Both the position numbers and the translations under genes were made by a program. From Caulobacteraceae bacterium (GTDB lineage Bacteria > Pseudomonadota > Alphaproteobacteria > Caulobacterales > Caulobacteraceae): a stretch of 43,028 nt of DNA. Numbering within the stretch: the stretch's first letter is position 1; every line of letters begins with the position of its first letter. The notes beneath the pieces were generated by a model, which had not been told where the DNA came from, made no database searches, and saw only the letters and a program-made list of their open reading frames with translations. This document shows, one piece after another, positions 25,584-34,707 of the stretch. Location: positions 1 to 43,028 of the forward strand of contig CANJKG010000001.1 in the NCBI GenBank assembly GCA_947474775.1, read 5' to 3'.

Positions 25584-27307
25584 CGGCCCGCCTCCACGGC
25601 GCGGACCTCGGCCGGCTTGACCAGCCGCGCCATCACCTGCTCGCGCGGTCCGAACAGGTCGACGCGGCCCTCGCGCAGGACCAGTAGTTTGTCAGCCGTG
25701 CGGAAGATCCCCGGCTTGTGGGAGATGATCACCACCGTGGAGCCGCCGGCCTTCAGGGTGTCGATCGCCTTCAGGAGGGCGTCCTCGCCCTCGGCGTCGA
25801 GGCTGGCGTTGGGCTCGTCCAGCACCACGAACGCCGGGTCGCCGAACATGGCGCGCGCGAGTCCCACGCGCTGGCGCTGGCCTGCCGAGAGGACCACGCC
25901 GCCCTCGCCCAGGTCGGTGTCATAGCCCTTCGGCAGACGCAGGATCAGCTCGTGGACCCCGGCCATCTGCGCGGCGCGAACCACCTGCTCGTCGGTGGCG
26001 TCGTCGCGGAAGCGGGCGATGTTGGCGCGCACCGTGCCGGCGAACAGCTCGGTGTCCTGGGGCAGGTAGCCCACATAGCGGCCGAAGTCGGCGCGGTCCC
26101 AGGTGAACACGTCGGCGCCGTCGAGGCGCACGGCCCCGTTCAGCGGCCGCCAGATGCCCACCAGCAGCCGCGCCAGGGTGGACTTGCCCGCCCCGGACGG
26201 GCCGATCACACCCAGCACCTCGCCCGGCTCGATGCCGAAGTTCACATTGGCCAGCACCAGCCGGGTCGCCCCCGGCGGCGCGAAGTTGACCGCCTCGACG
26301 TTAAGCTTGCCCGCCGGCCGCGGCAGGGTGGTGGCGAGGGTCGGCGGTTCGGCCTTGGCCAGCAGCGCCATCAGCCGCCCGTGGGCGCGCACCATGCTGT
26401 TCAGCGGGTCCCAGGCGCCGACCACCTTCTCGATCGGCTGCAAGGCGCGGCTGGCCAGGATCATGTTGGCGAACAGCATGCCGGAGTGGATCTTGCCCTG
26501 CAGGATCAGCGAGGCGCCGATCGCCACCACCAGCACCTGCATGACCATCCGCACCCACTTGATGATGTCGGTGTAGAAGTTCGACTGCTCCGCCGCCGTG
26601 GCGCCGCGCTCGATGGTGATCGAGCGGTGGCCGGCCCAGGCCTTGCCCAGGGTGGGCAGCATGCCCATGGCGCGCACCACCTCGCCATTGCGCAGCGCCG
26701 CCTCTGTGAAGGCGTAGCTTTTCAGGGCCGCGTCCTGGGCGTCGCGCAGCGGCGGGCGGGTGGCGCGCTCCTGGGCCAGGGCCAGCACCAGCAGGATGAT
26801 GGCCCCTATGGTGGTGACCACGCCCACCAGCGGATCGATGAGGAACAGCACGCCCAGGAACACCGGGATCCAGGGCACGTCGAAGAACACCGCGGCGCCG
26901 ATGCCGGTCAGGGTGGTGCGGAACTGGTCTAGGTCGCGCAGCGCCTGGGAGCGCGCGCTGGTGTCGCCCTTGAGCGCGGCGTCGAACAGGGCCGAGAACA
27001 CGCGGCCCGACACCCGCTGGTCGAGGGCCACCCCATAGTTGATCAGGATCCGCGCCCGGTAGTCGTCGACCACGCTGGAGATGGCGAACACGAACAGGGT
27101 GACCAGGGTCAGCACCCACAGGGTCGCCTGGCTGTGGCTGGTGAGCACACGGCCATAGACCTGGTAGGTATAGAGCGGCAGGGCCAGGTAGAGTAGGTTG
27201 GAGACGAAGCTGAATCCCGCCGCCACCAGCAACGGGTTCTTGGCGTCCTTCAGGACGCGCGTGAGCACGTTGTCGGGCTGATTCGCGAGGAAGGTGAAGA
27301 TCTTCAT
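25580..27307 (-). CDS. Type I secretion ABC permease/ATPase (PrtD/RsaD-like)
   Basis: [65 protein letters not shown]. No N-terminal C39 domain. Confidence 0.95.
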   Translation of the reverse strand: MKIFTFLANQPDNVLTRVLKDAKNPLLVAAGFSFVSNLLYLALPLYTYQVYGRVLTSHSQATLWVLTLVTLFVFAISSVVDDYRARILINYGVALDQRVSGRVFSALFDAALKGDTSARSQALRDLDQFRTTLTGIGAAVFFDVPWIPVFLGVLFLIDPLVGVVTTIGAIILLVLALAQERATRPPLRDAQDAALKSYAFTEAALRNGEVVRAMGMLPTLGKAWAGHRSITIERGATAAEQSNFYTDIIKWVRMVMQVLVVAIGASLILQGKIHSGMLFANMILASRALQPIEKVVGAWDPLNSMVRAHGRLMALLAKAEPPTLATTLPRPAGKLNVEAVNFAPPGATRLVLANVNFGIEPGEVLGVIGPSGAGKSTLARLLVGIWRPLNGAVRLDGADVFTWDRADFGRYVGYLPQDTELFAGTVRANIARFRDDATDEQVVRAAQMAGVHELILRLPKGYDTDLGEGGVVLSAGQRQRVGLARAMFGDPAFVVLDEPNASLDAEGEDALLKAIDTLKAGGSTVVIISHKPGIFRTADKLLVLREGRVDLFGPREQVMARLVKPAEVRAVEAGR

Positions 27308-27426
27308 CAGCCGCGTCGTCTCGCCAGTGAGTCCGGCCCATACCCCAGAGGCGGCCTATAAACGGTAAATGCGGGCCGCCCGCCGGGCGTTTTCAAGCGC
27401 CGGCGTGCGGAGTGTGGGGCGGCGGA

Positions 27427-27455
27427 GAGATGGGCGGGGCGCCGGTGGATGTCAA
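27427..27455 (-). promoter_or_regulatory. Putative sigma70 promoter for the T1SS operon
   Basis: Perfect TTGACA (27455-27450), 17-nt spacer, then CATCTC, about 120 nt upstream of the ATPase start. Confidence 0.55.
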
Positions 27456-27460
27456 TGCCG

Positions 27461-27681
27461 CTAGACCCTGTCCCGACTGACTTGGATCAAGTCAGTCGGG
27501 ATGAACAGGGTCGTCGCCGCCTAGAGCCTGATCGGTTCGAGTCGAACCGTGAATCAGGCTCTACGCTTTGAATTTAGAGCAGGATTCACGGCTCAGATGA
27601 TTCCATCTGAACCGATCCTGCTCTAGTGAGAGCCCTTCTTATCCAGTCACGATGATCCATCGTGACTGGGAAATGCTCTAG
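27461..27681. repeat. Cluster of four CTAG/TAGAGC-bounded hairpins, including a complete 106-bp two-arm element at 27521-27626 (CIR-like)
   Basis: Hairpins at about 27461-27512, 27521-27563, 27575-27626 and 27629-27681. The central element starts CTAGAGC, ends GCTCTAG and holds four GANTC sites (27539, 27551, 27583, 27599). Confidence 0.85.
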
Positions 27682-27740
27682 GCCAGACCTTCCCCGGAAG
27701 GCGTCCGCCCGCGTATGTATGCCGCAGGGGGGAACGCTGG

Positions 27741-28547
27741 ATGGCCCGGGTCGCGATCGTCGGTAGCTGCATCACCCGCGACCTTTGGCCGGTGCGCGGG
27801 GACGGCGTGCCGGACCTGCTCTATGTGTCGCGCACCAGCCTGCCCAGCCTGTTCGGCCGCCCTGTGCCCGGCTTCAAGCCCAGGGCCGACAGGCCCGAGG
27901 GATTGACGCGCCATCAGCACGACGCCGTGGCCGCCGACCTGACGAAGACCTCGCTACGCCGGCTGGCGGCGTTCCGTCCGACCCACCTGATCATCGACTT
28001 CATCGACGAGCGATTCGACCTGATGCGCGCCGGCGGGACGCTCATCACCCGCAGCTGGGAGCTGGAGGCGAGCAGCTATCTCGAGGGTGGCCTGCCGGAC
28101 GCGGAACCCATCGCGCGGGAGTCGAGAACATGCGAACGGCTTTGGCGCGACGCCGCCGCCGAGTTCGCCGCCTTCGTGGAGTCCACGCCTCTGGGCTCGG
28201 CCGTGCCGATCCTGCATGCGGCCCGCTGGGCCACGGTGAGCCGCAGCGCGAGCGGCGCGCTTTCGCCGATCCGGGACGTGGAGGTGCTGCAAGGCCGCCC
28301 CGCCGACATCGGCGTCCACAATGACCTGCTGGATCGCTACGAGACCTATCTGGCGAGCCTGATGCCGGGCCTCATCGCCGCCGGGGCGCCTGAGCTTCGC
28401 ATCGCCGACGAGGCGCACCGCTGGGGCCTGAGCCCCTTCCACTACGTCCCGGAGTACTACGAGGAGATCTGGCGTCAGCTCGAGGTCCACGGGATCCCTC
28501 GCCCGCCTATTCCTGTGACCGCCGCGCCCAGTGCTCCAGGGGCGTGA
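27741..28547 (+). CDS. DUF6270-like protein of polysaccharide loci
   Basis: VAIVGSCITRD, YVSRTSLPSL, IDFIDERFDL, HRWGLSPFHY. Family name recalled from the motifs, not searched. Confidence 0.7.
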   Translation: MARVAIVGSCITRDLWPVRGDGVPDLLYVSRTSLPSLFGRPVPGFKPRADRPEGLTRHQHDAVAADLTKTSLRRLAAFRPTHLIIDFIDERFDLMRAGGTLITRSWELEASSYLEGGLPDAEPIARESRTCERLWRDAAAEFAAFVESTPLGSAVPILHAARWATVSRSASGALSPIRDVEVLQGRPADIGVHNDLLDRYETYLASLMPGLIAAGAPELRIADEAHRWGLSPFHYVPEYYEEIWRQLEVHGIPRPPIPVTAAPSAPGA

Positions 28548-29790
28548 GCCCCTCAAGCGCGATCTCCGGGTTCGCGCACAGATAGGCCGCCGTGGCGAAT
28601 CCGGGCCGCGCCTCCGCCAGGGCCCAGGCGCCGCCCTGCAGATAGTCGATCAGCGGATTGCGATCCGTCCAGTCCCCGCCGCGCAGGAGCTTGTAGCGGC
28701 CGGAGTCGAACCACAGGGTCGGCTCGCGGAGCTCGCGAGCACCGATCGCCACATAGTGCGAGAGCGGATCGGTCTGCGCTTCGGCGACGTCGGGATTCCG
28801 CGCCAGGTACCAGGTGGGATCGAACAGCGGATGCGGCGAAAGGCCCAGCTTCCACCCCCGGGTCAGGTAATGGACGAGGGGCGGCCCCTCGACTTCATCC
28901 TCCGCCAGCCGGCGGCGGTACCAGGCCGGGTCGAATAGCGGATGCGGGCTGAGGCCGCGTGTCCAGCCGATCCTCAGATAGTGCGAAAGCGGATCCTCTA
29001 TCTGCGGCGCGTAGTCGGCGGCCTGGGCAAGGTAATGGCCGACCTCGAACAGTGGATGCGGATCGCGGCCGCAGGCGGCCCCCAGCCGGTGGTAATGCTC
29101 GAGCGGGCTTATGCCGCTGGCCGCCAGCGCCTCCCCGTTCAGCGCCACATAGCGGCCCACGTCGAACAGCGGATGCGGGCCACGGCCCTCGTCGGCGCCG
29201 CGCAACAGATAGTGGACCAGGGGCGCCAGGCCCGAGGCGGTCACGTCGGGATAGGTTTCCAGGTACCAGGCCTGGTCGAACAGCACGGCGGGCTGGGCGG
29301 CCGGGTCGGCGCCTCGCTCGACGTAGTCCGTCACCGCCTTCAGGTCCGCCTCGGGATCGCCGGAGCCATGCCAGACGCCGGCGCGCAGGATGATCCGGGC
29401 CTGGCCGCGCGCCTTGAAGCGCGTGAGCAACTCGTCGAAGCGCCGGCTGAAACGGGTCCGCCGCCGTAGGGGCAGATTCCGGGCGGCCTCCATGTTGCGT
29501 TTCGCCGCCATCGCCCGGAGCTGCGCCCGGGCGTCCGCCTCGCGCACCAGGGCCGGGATCAAGGCCAGCGTCAGTTCACTGCGGGTGGCGGCCTCGCGCA
29601 CCAGGGCCTCGTGGGCCACCCGGCGGGCGCCGATGACCCGATCGCCCAGCCGACCGACCTTGGCCGCCAGGTCAGTGGGGATCGCCGCGGCCTTGCGCTT
29701 GGCTTCGTTGGCCACCCCTGCAACCGCGCCAGCGGCCCCCTGTTCGACTCTCCGAGCCGGCTGTCTCAGGCCCGGCCCGCGCCCTGTCAA
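28507..29790 (-). CDS. Protein composed mainly of about seven 38-aa FD.xWY...P..HY...G..EGR.P repeats, no evident catalytic domain
   Basis: TTG at 29790 overlaps the upstream TGA. Repeats start FDQAWY, FDVGRY, FEVGHY, FDPAWY, FDPTWY, FDSGRY, FATAAY. The first 401 aa of the track ORF are an out-of-frame overlap with the upstream genes. Confidence 0.8.
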   Translation of the reverse strand: MTGRGPGLRQPARRVEQGAAGAVAGVANEAKRKAAAIPTDLAAKVGRLGDRVIGARRVAHEALVREAATRSELTLALIPALVREADARAQLRAMAAKRNMEAARNLPLRRRTRFSRRFDELLTRFKARGQARIILRAGVWHGSGDPEADLKAVTDYVERGADPAAQPAVLFDQAWYLETYPDVTASGLAPLVHYLLRGADEGRGPHPLFDVGRYVALNGEALAASGISPLEHYHRLGAACGRDPHPLFEVGHYLAQAADYAPQIEDPLSHYLRIGWTRGLSPHPLFDPAWYRRRLAEDEVEGPPLVHYLTRGWKLGLSPHPLFDPTWYLARNPDVAEAQTDPLSHYVAIGARELREPTLWFDSGRYKLLRGGDWTDRNPLIDYLQGGAWALAEARPGFATAAYLCANPEIALEGLTPLEHWARRSQE

Positions 29791-30827
29791 GCTGCCCCCG
29801 CCTGCTGGGCCTCGTGTGCGAACCATTCCTGGTAGCTGCCCGGGCCGGAGCCGAACGGGTTGGGAAACGCCCGCTGCAGGTCGATCCGGTCGCGATAGAG
29901 CCGCCGCTGCGCGCGGGTGATCGGTGTCCCGTCGTCGAACTCGGCATGAGCCCACCAGCGCTCGGGGATCGCCGGTTCGGTGGCGGCGTCGACCAGGCGC
30001 TTGTACCAGGACCAGATCTCGTAGACCGGGTGGTTGTCGCCGGCGTATTTCTTGGTCATGGCGTCGCCGGTCGGACCCAGCTTGGTGAAGTGCCAGAACC
30101 GCAGCTGGGAGCCGTTGACCGTGAACCGGCCGTCCTTTCCGGCGGTGAGCTTGCGCTGGCTCAGATTCCAGCTGGCGACATTGTAGCCCGGGTCGCGGAT
30201 CACCTTCACCTTGTCGAACAGGGCCGGCACATGGTCGCACCACCGCTGGTCCACGAACAGGCCGGCCGGCATCTCGTCGAAGCAGTAGGAGAGCAGCCGG
30301 TGCTGCCACCAGTGGGCGAAACGCAAGCCCTCCCCGGTGGTGCGGATCGCCACGAATCCCAGGTTGAATATGCCCGCGCGCGAGGCCGCCAGGTCGTTGT
30401 CCAGGATCGCCTCGACCTCGAAGTTCGGATCGACCAGGTGCGGGGTGAGCAGGATGTCGTGCTCCTCCAGCCACCGCTCGATGGGCGTGAGGTCGCTGAG
30501 CAGGGCGGTGTCCGGGTCCAGATAGATCACCGCGTCCGCGCCCGAGGCGCAGGCCGCATGCAGGAAGGGCCCCTTGATGGCGGTGGAGACCTCCACCACG
30601 TCGTGCCGGAAGAGCCAGCCGGGATAGTCCGCGATGCCCAGATCCCTGGCCCAGACCACCTGGTCGAAGGGCTCGCGCTCCACATCCAGCTCGAAGCCGT
30701 CTGGCGGCTCGTCGGCCATCAGCGCCACCAGCCGCCAGTCCGGATGGTGGCGGCGCAGCGTTTGGAACAGCACCCGGGCCCGGTTCAGGTAGGAGAAGGT
30801 GAAGCTGGAGAAGCAGGTGACCTTCAT
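29787..30827 (-). CDS. GT-A fold glycosyltransferase (GT8-like)
   Basis: VIYLDPD (DxD), LLTPH, GIFNLGFV, FVDQRWCD, GYNVASWNL, RFWHFT. Confidence 0.75.
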   Translation of the reverse strand: MKVTCFSSFTFSYLNRARVLFQTLRRHHPDWRLVALMADEPPDGFELDVEREPFDQVVWARDLGIADYPGWLFRHDVVEVSTAIKGPFLHAACASGADAVIYLDPDTALLSDLTPIERWLEEHDILLTPHLVDPNFEVEAILDNDLAASRAGIFNLGFVAIRTTGEGLRFAHWWQHRLLSYCFDEMPAGLFVDQRWCDHVPALFDKVKVIRDPGYNVASWNLSQRKLTAGKDGRFTVNGSQLRFWHFTKLGPTGDAMTKKYAGDNHPVYEIWSWYKRLVDAATEPAIPERWWAHAEFDDGTPITRAQRRLYRDRIDLQRAFPNPFGSGPGSYQEWFAHEAQQAGAA

Positions 30828-32767
30828 GCCAGCAGGTCCGCCGTGAGGCCGCCGTACGCCAGGTCGTAAAGCCTGGGCCGCCGCTCGGCCCGCGACAGCC
30901 GGACGACCTCGCCGCTCTCGAACGCGGCCGCCAGCGCCTTCTCGTCGGCCAGGACCAAGCCCTGGCCGCTGGACTGCACGAAGGCCGCCACATTGCCGCT
31001 GTCGGGACCGGTGATCAACGCGGCGCCCGACGCCACGCTCTCATAGGCCGCAAGCGAAAAGGTCTCGCGGCAGAGCGGCCAGATCAGCACCGCATCGACC
31101 TCCAGCCGCTCAAGGGCGTCGCGCATGGCGTTGGGCCCGGAATCGCCCACCGAGACCGGGTGATGCTCAATGGGCAGGCCCCCGGGCGTGTGGGCGCCCA
31201 GGTGCAGGAAGGCGTAGCGGGGATCGTCCTGGTGACGCATCACCAGGTCGCGGAAGATCGGCCAGCCTTTGTGCGCCGCGGGAAAGCCCGCGAAGGCCAG
31301 CCGGAAGGGCCTCCCGAGCTCGACCTCCGGCGCCGGGCCGCGATCCACCAGCTTGAGGTGCGGATGGACGAGCGTCTCGCCCACCGGCCCCGGCCAGCGG
31401 GCCCGCCACAGATCCAGAGTCGGCGCAGACGGGCTGGCCACGGTCAGCTCCAGGCGCTCGAACAGCCGGCGGTGCTCGGCCACGTGCCGGGCGCGCCAGG
31501 CGCCGTAGACGCACACCTGGCAGCCCATGCTGTCCGGCGGCGGGGCGGCGCAGTCCTCCAGGTCATTGCGCATCAGGTGGAAGCCCGCGCAGAGGCTGGC
31601 GAAGTCGTGCAGCCAGAACCAGCCGGCGTTGAGGCCGGCGGCCTCGACGATGTCGGCGGTCTCGTCGGCGCAATGGCCGAGCAGACTGTGGACCGCGAAG
31701 CTGCGCCGATCCGGCGGCATCCCCGCGGCCGCGCCCGCCAGAACCTGGGCCACCACCCGGGGCGCGAAGGTCCCGACCGGCTCGCCGTTCCACAGCACGC
31801 CCAGTGGACCCGGCTCGCCGGCGGTGCGCACCACGGGCCAGGCCCTGGCCGGGAACAGGTGCAAGTGGTCGCGCCCCATCGCCTTCAGCCGCGCGCCCTC
31901 GCGGCGGAGGCACAGCTGCACCCCGCCCATGTGCCGGACGTAGTCGTCGTGGCTGAAGGTGATGTGCAGGTCGGCCAGGCCGTTGCCAGAGGCCTTCAGC
32001 GCCCGGGCCAGGACCTCCGGCGGATCGAGCGGCAGGTCCGCCTGGGCGGCGCGCACGTCGGCGACGCGGACGTCCAGGGTCCTGAGGCGGGTCAGGATCT
32101 CGTAGCGGAACCCCAGTTCGCTGCGCGGGCGCCGGCCCTCGGTCCGTCCCTGGCGCAGGTAGTGCACGAACGGATTGACGCCGATGGCGGCGATGTCCGG
32201 ATTGGCCTCCAGGTAGTCAACCACCGAGAAGTTGGGATTGGGATCGCGGCCCTCCCGCCAGCCTGAGACCAGGAAGTGCTCCAGGGGCTCCATGCCCGAG
32301 GTGGCCACATCGAGGTTGCCGGCCAGGTAGAAGGTCCGGTCGAACTCAGTCTCTGCCAGGCGATAGTCGGCGTCCTCCTCCCGCATCTCGATGAGCGCGG
32401 CGTTCCCGGGCTCCTCCGCTCGGCGGAACTTCCAGCGCGGCGGCGGGCGGCGGCCGTCGTTGACGTAGAGCCAGTCCGCGGCCCGGGCCGACGGGACCGC
32501 CTCGCGGCCTTCCCGCAGGCCCCGGGTCAGGAAGTGAAACAGCGGCTCGACGCCGGTCGCCTCGATGTCGGCGTTGGCCTCCAGGTAGGCGGCGGCCGAA
32601 AACCAGGGCGCGGGGTCGCGGCCCTGGCGCCAGCCCACCGTGGCGTAGTGGCGGATGAGATCCTCGCCCTCCAGGTCCAGGTCGCCGTTCATCGCCCGGT
32701 AGAAGTCCACGTCGAGGGCGGTGGAGACCACCCGATGGACCTCGTCATCTAGGGCCGGGACGGCCAT
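30824..32767 (-). CDS. Glycosyltransferase (GT-B, GT4-like) with four N-terminal FD.xFY...HF...GWREGR.P repeats
   Basis: Repeats such as FDRTFYLAGNLDVATSGMEPLEHFLVSGWREGRDP; C-terminal GGVQ, LHDF..LC, HKGW and ETFSLAAYE (EX7E). Confidence 0.75.
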   Translation of the reverse strand: MAVPALDDEVHRVVSTALDVDFYRAMNGDLDLEGEDLIRHYATVGWRQGRDPAPWFSAAAYLEANADIEATGVEPLFHFLTRGLREGREAVPSARAADWLYVNDGRRPPPRWKFRRAEEPGNAALIEMREEDADYRLAETEFDRTFYLAGNLDVATSGMEPLEHFLVSGWREGRDPNPNFSVVDYLEANPDIAAIGVNPFVHYLRQGRTEGRRPRSELGFRYEILTRLRTLDVRVADVRAAQADLPLDPPEVLARALKASGNGLADLHITFSHDDYVRHMGGVQLCLRREGARLKAMGRDHLHLFPARAWPVVRTAGEPGPLGVLWNGEPVGTFAPRVVAQVLAGAAAGMPPDRRSFAVHSLLGHCADETADIVEAAGLNAGWFWLHDFASLCAGFHLMRNDLEDCAAPPPDSMGCQVCVYGAWRARHVAEHRRLFERLELTVASPSAPTLDLWRARWPGPVGETLVHPHLKLVDRGPAPEVELGRPFRLAFAGFPAAHKGWPIFRDLVMRHQDDPRYAFLHLGAHTPGGLPIEHHPVSVGDSGPNAMRDALERLEVDAVLIWPLCRETFSLAAYESVASGAALITGPDSGNVAAFVQSSGQGLVLADEKALAAAFESGEVVRLSRAERRPRLYDLAYGGLTADLLA

Positions 32768-32909
32768 GCCTATGTGATCCCCTTGCGCCGGCGTGAAGCG
32801 GCCTAGAGGGCTCTAGTGCGACAGATGCCGACGCCGATCAACCGCCACCCGGGCTTGCGGGCGCGGGCGAGCGCCCGTAGAGCCTGGGTGACCAGGCTGC
32901 GACGGAACC

Positions 32910-33947
32910 ATGACGCCCCCTAAAGCCGCCACACGCGCCGCCTCGGCGACCGCCTACCTCGTGCTGGGCATGCACCGTTCTGGCACCTCGGCGGTGACCC
33001 AGTTGCTGGCCCTGGCCGGGACCCAGCTGCCGGCCAATGTGATGGCGGGCGATGAGCACAACGAGAAGGGCTATTTCGAGCCCTGGAAGATCGCCGTGCT
33101 CAACGACGAGCGGCTGCGCGCCGGCGGCGGCGCCTGGGACGACATCTTCGCCTTCCCGTTCCGCCCGCTACCCGCCGGGGAGGAGCGCGCCTGGACCGAC
33201 CGAGCCAGGGACCTGATCCGCGACGAGTACGGCCCGGTCCCCTATCCGCTGCTCAAGGACCCGCGCGTCACCGTGCTGATGCCGCTCTGGCGGGCGGCGT
33301 TCAACGAGATGGGCGTGGGGATGCGCTGCGTGATCCCGGTGCGCGGCCCCCTCGCGGTGGCCGGATCGCTTGCGCGGCGGAACGGCTTTCCGGCGGAGAA
33401 GTCGGTGCTGCTGTGGACCGCCTACATGCTGGCCGCCGAGGCATACAGCCGCGACCTGCCGCGCGCCTTCGTGGGCTATGACGCCCTGCTCGCCGACTGG
33501 CGGGCGGAGACCGGCCGGATCGAGGCCGCGCTAGGCGCGCCGCTGCCGGCGCTGACGCCGCACGCCGAGAAGGCCATCGACCGCTTCCTGACGCCGGAGC
33601 TCCGGCACAACACCGGCGGCGGCGAGCTGGCGGCCCTGGGTTGGGCCGGGGAGCTGGCGGCGCCCGTGCAGGCCTGGTTCGAGGCCGCCGCGGCGGGCGA
33701 GCAGCCGGATCGCGCGCCGCTGGAGACGGCCGCCGCTGAACTCGCGCGCCGCCAGGCCGAGATGGGCCCGCTGGTGTCACCGATCACCCGCGACCACGAC
33801 GCCGCCCGCGCCGAGTTGGCCGCCGTCGAGGTGAAACTGCGGGTGGCGCTGGAGCAGCGCGCGGCGCTGGAGACCCGCGTGCGGAGCGCAGAGCGCACCA
33901 TCCTCGCCGCCGACCGGGCGCTGAACACCCTCCTGGCCGACAACTGA
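32910..33947 (+). CDS. Sulfotransferase-like P-loop protein with C-terminal coiled coil
   Basis: VLGMHRSGTSAV, NEKGYFE, LKDPR, VAGSLARRNG, WTAY, YDALLADW; heptad-rich C-terminus. Confidence 0.8.
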   Translation: MTPPKAATRAASATAYLVLGMHRSGTSAVTQLLALAGTQLPANVMAGDEHNEKGYFEPWKIAVLNDERLRAGGGAWDDIFAFPFRPLPAGEERAWTDRARDLIRDEYGPVPYPLLKDPRVTVLMPLWRAAFNEMGVGMRCVIPVRGPLAVAGSLARRNGFPAEKSVLLWTAYMLAAEAYSRDLPRAFVGYDALLADWRAETGRIEAALGAPLPALTPHAEKAIDRFLTPELRHNTGGGELAALGWAGELAAPVQAWFEAAAAGEQPDRAPLETAAAELARRQAEMGPLVSPITRDHDAARAELAAVEVKLRVALEQRAALETRVRSAERTILAADRALNTLLADN

Positions 33948-33951
33948 CGCG

Positions 33952-34707
33952 GTGGGCGAGGCGCCAAACCAGCGGGCCGAGGCGCTGCTCGAGCGGTTCC
34001 CGAAGACGCGCCCGCCACTGCCGGAGAAGATCCAGGAGATCTACGCGCGCCAGTACAAGGAAAACCGCGAGGGCGGCAGCCGGGCGGCCTCGGCCTCGCA
34101 GCGGCTGGAGCGCTGGATGCACCGCCAGGTGGCCGCCGACGCCGCGGGTGGCGGGGCGACCCTGGAGCTCGGCGCGGGCACCCTGAACCAGCTGCCGTTC
34201 GAGCCGGACAGCGCGCCCTATGACGTGGTGGAGCCGTTCGCGGCCCTGTTCGAGGACTCGCCCCTGCGCGGCCGGCTGCGCGACGTTTTCGCCGACATGG
34301 CCGAGGTCCCGGCCGGCCGGCGCTACCGCCGGATCACCAGCGTGGCGGCCCTGGAGCACATCTGCGACCTGCCTCTGGTGCTGGCCCGCGCCGCGCGGCT
34401 GCTGGAGGAAGGCGGCCGGTTCCGCGCCGCGATCCCCGCCGAGGGCGGCCTGCTGTGGCGGCTGGGCTGGTCGCTGACCACCGGCCTGGAGTTCCGCCTG
34501 CGCCACGGCCTCGACTACGGCCTCTTGATGGCCCACGAGCACGTCAACGACGCCGCCGAGATCGAGACCCTGTCAGGCGCGGTGTTCCGGGACGTGAAGG
34601 TCAGGAGCTTCGGCCTGGGCCGCCAGCTCTCGCTCTACCGCTTCATCGAGGCCGCCGATCCCCGGCTGGATGTGGCCGCGGCGTGGGAGGCGAGGTTCGC
34701 TACCTAG
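33952..34707 (+). CDS. Class I SAM-dependent methyltransferase
   Basis: TLELGAGTLN motif I, YDVVEP, SVAALEHICDLP, IPAEG. Confidence 0.75.
   Translation: MGEAPNQRAEALLERFPKTRPPLPEKIQEIYARQYKENREGGSRAASASQRLERWMHRQVAADAAGGGATLELGAGTLNQLPFEPDSAPYDVVEPFAALFEDSPLRGRLRDVFADMAEVPAGRRYRRITSVAALEHICDLPLVLARAARLLEEGGRFRAAIPAEGGLLWRLGWSLTTGLEFRLRHGLDYGLLMAHEHVNDAAEIETLSGAVFRDVKVRSFGLGRQLSLYRFIEAADPRLDVAAAWEARFAT

Noticed and set aside
24210-27307. No TolC/RsaF outer-membrane gene next to the T1SS pair
   Set aside because: Outer-membrane components are commonly unlinked; not evidence of a defective or novel exporter.
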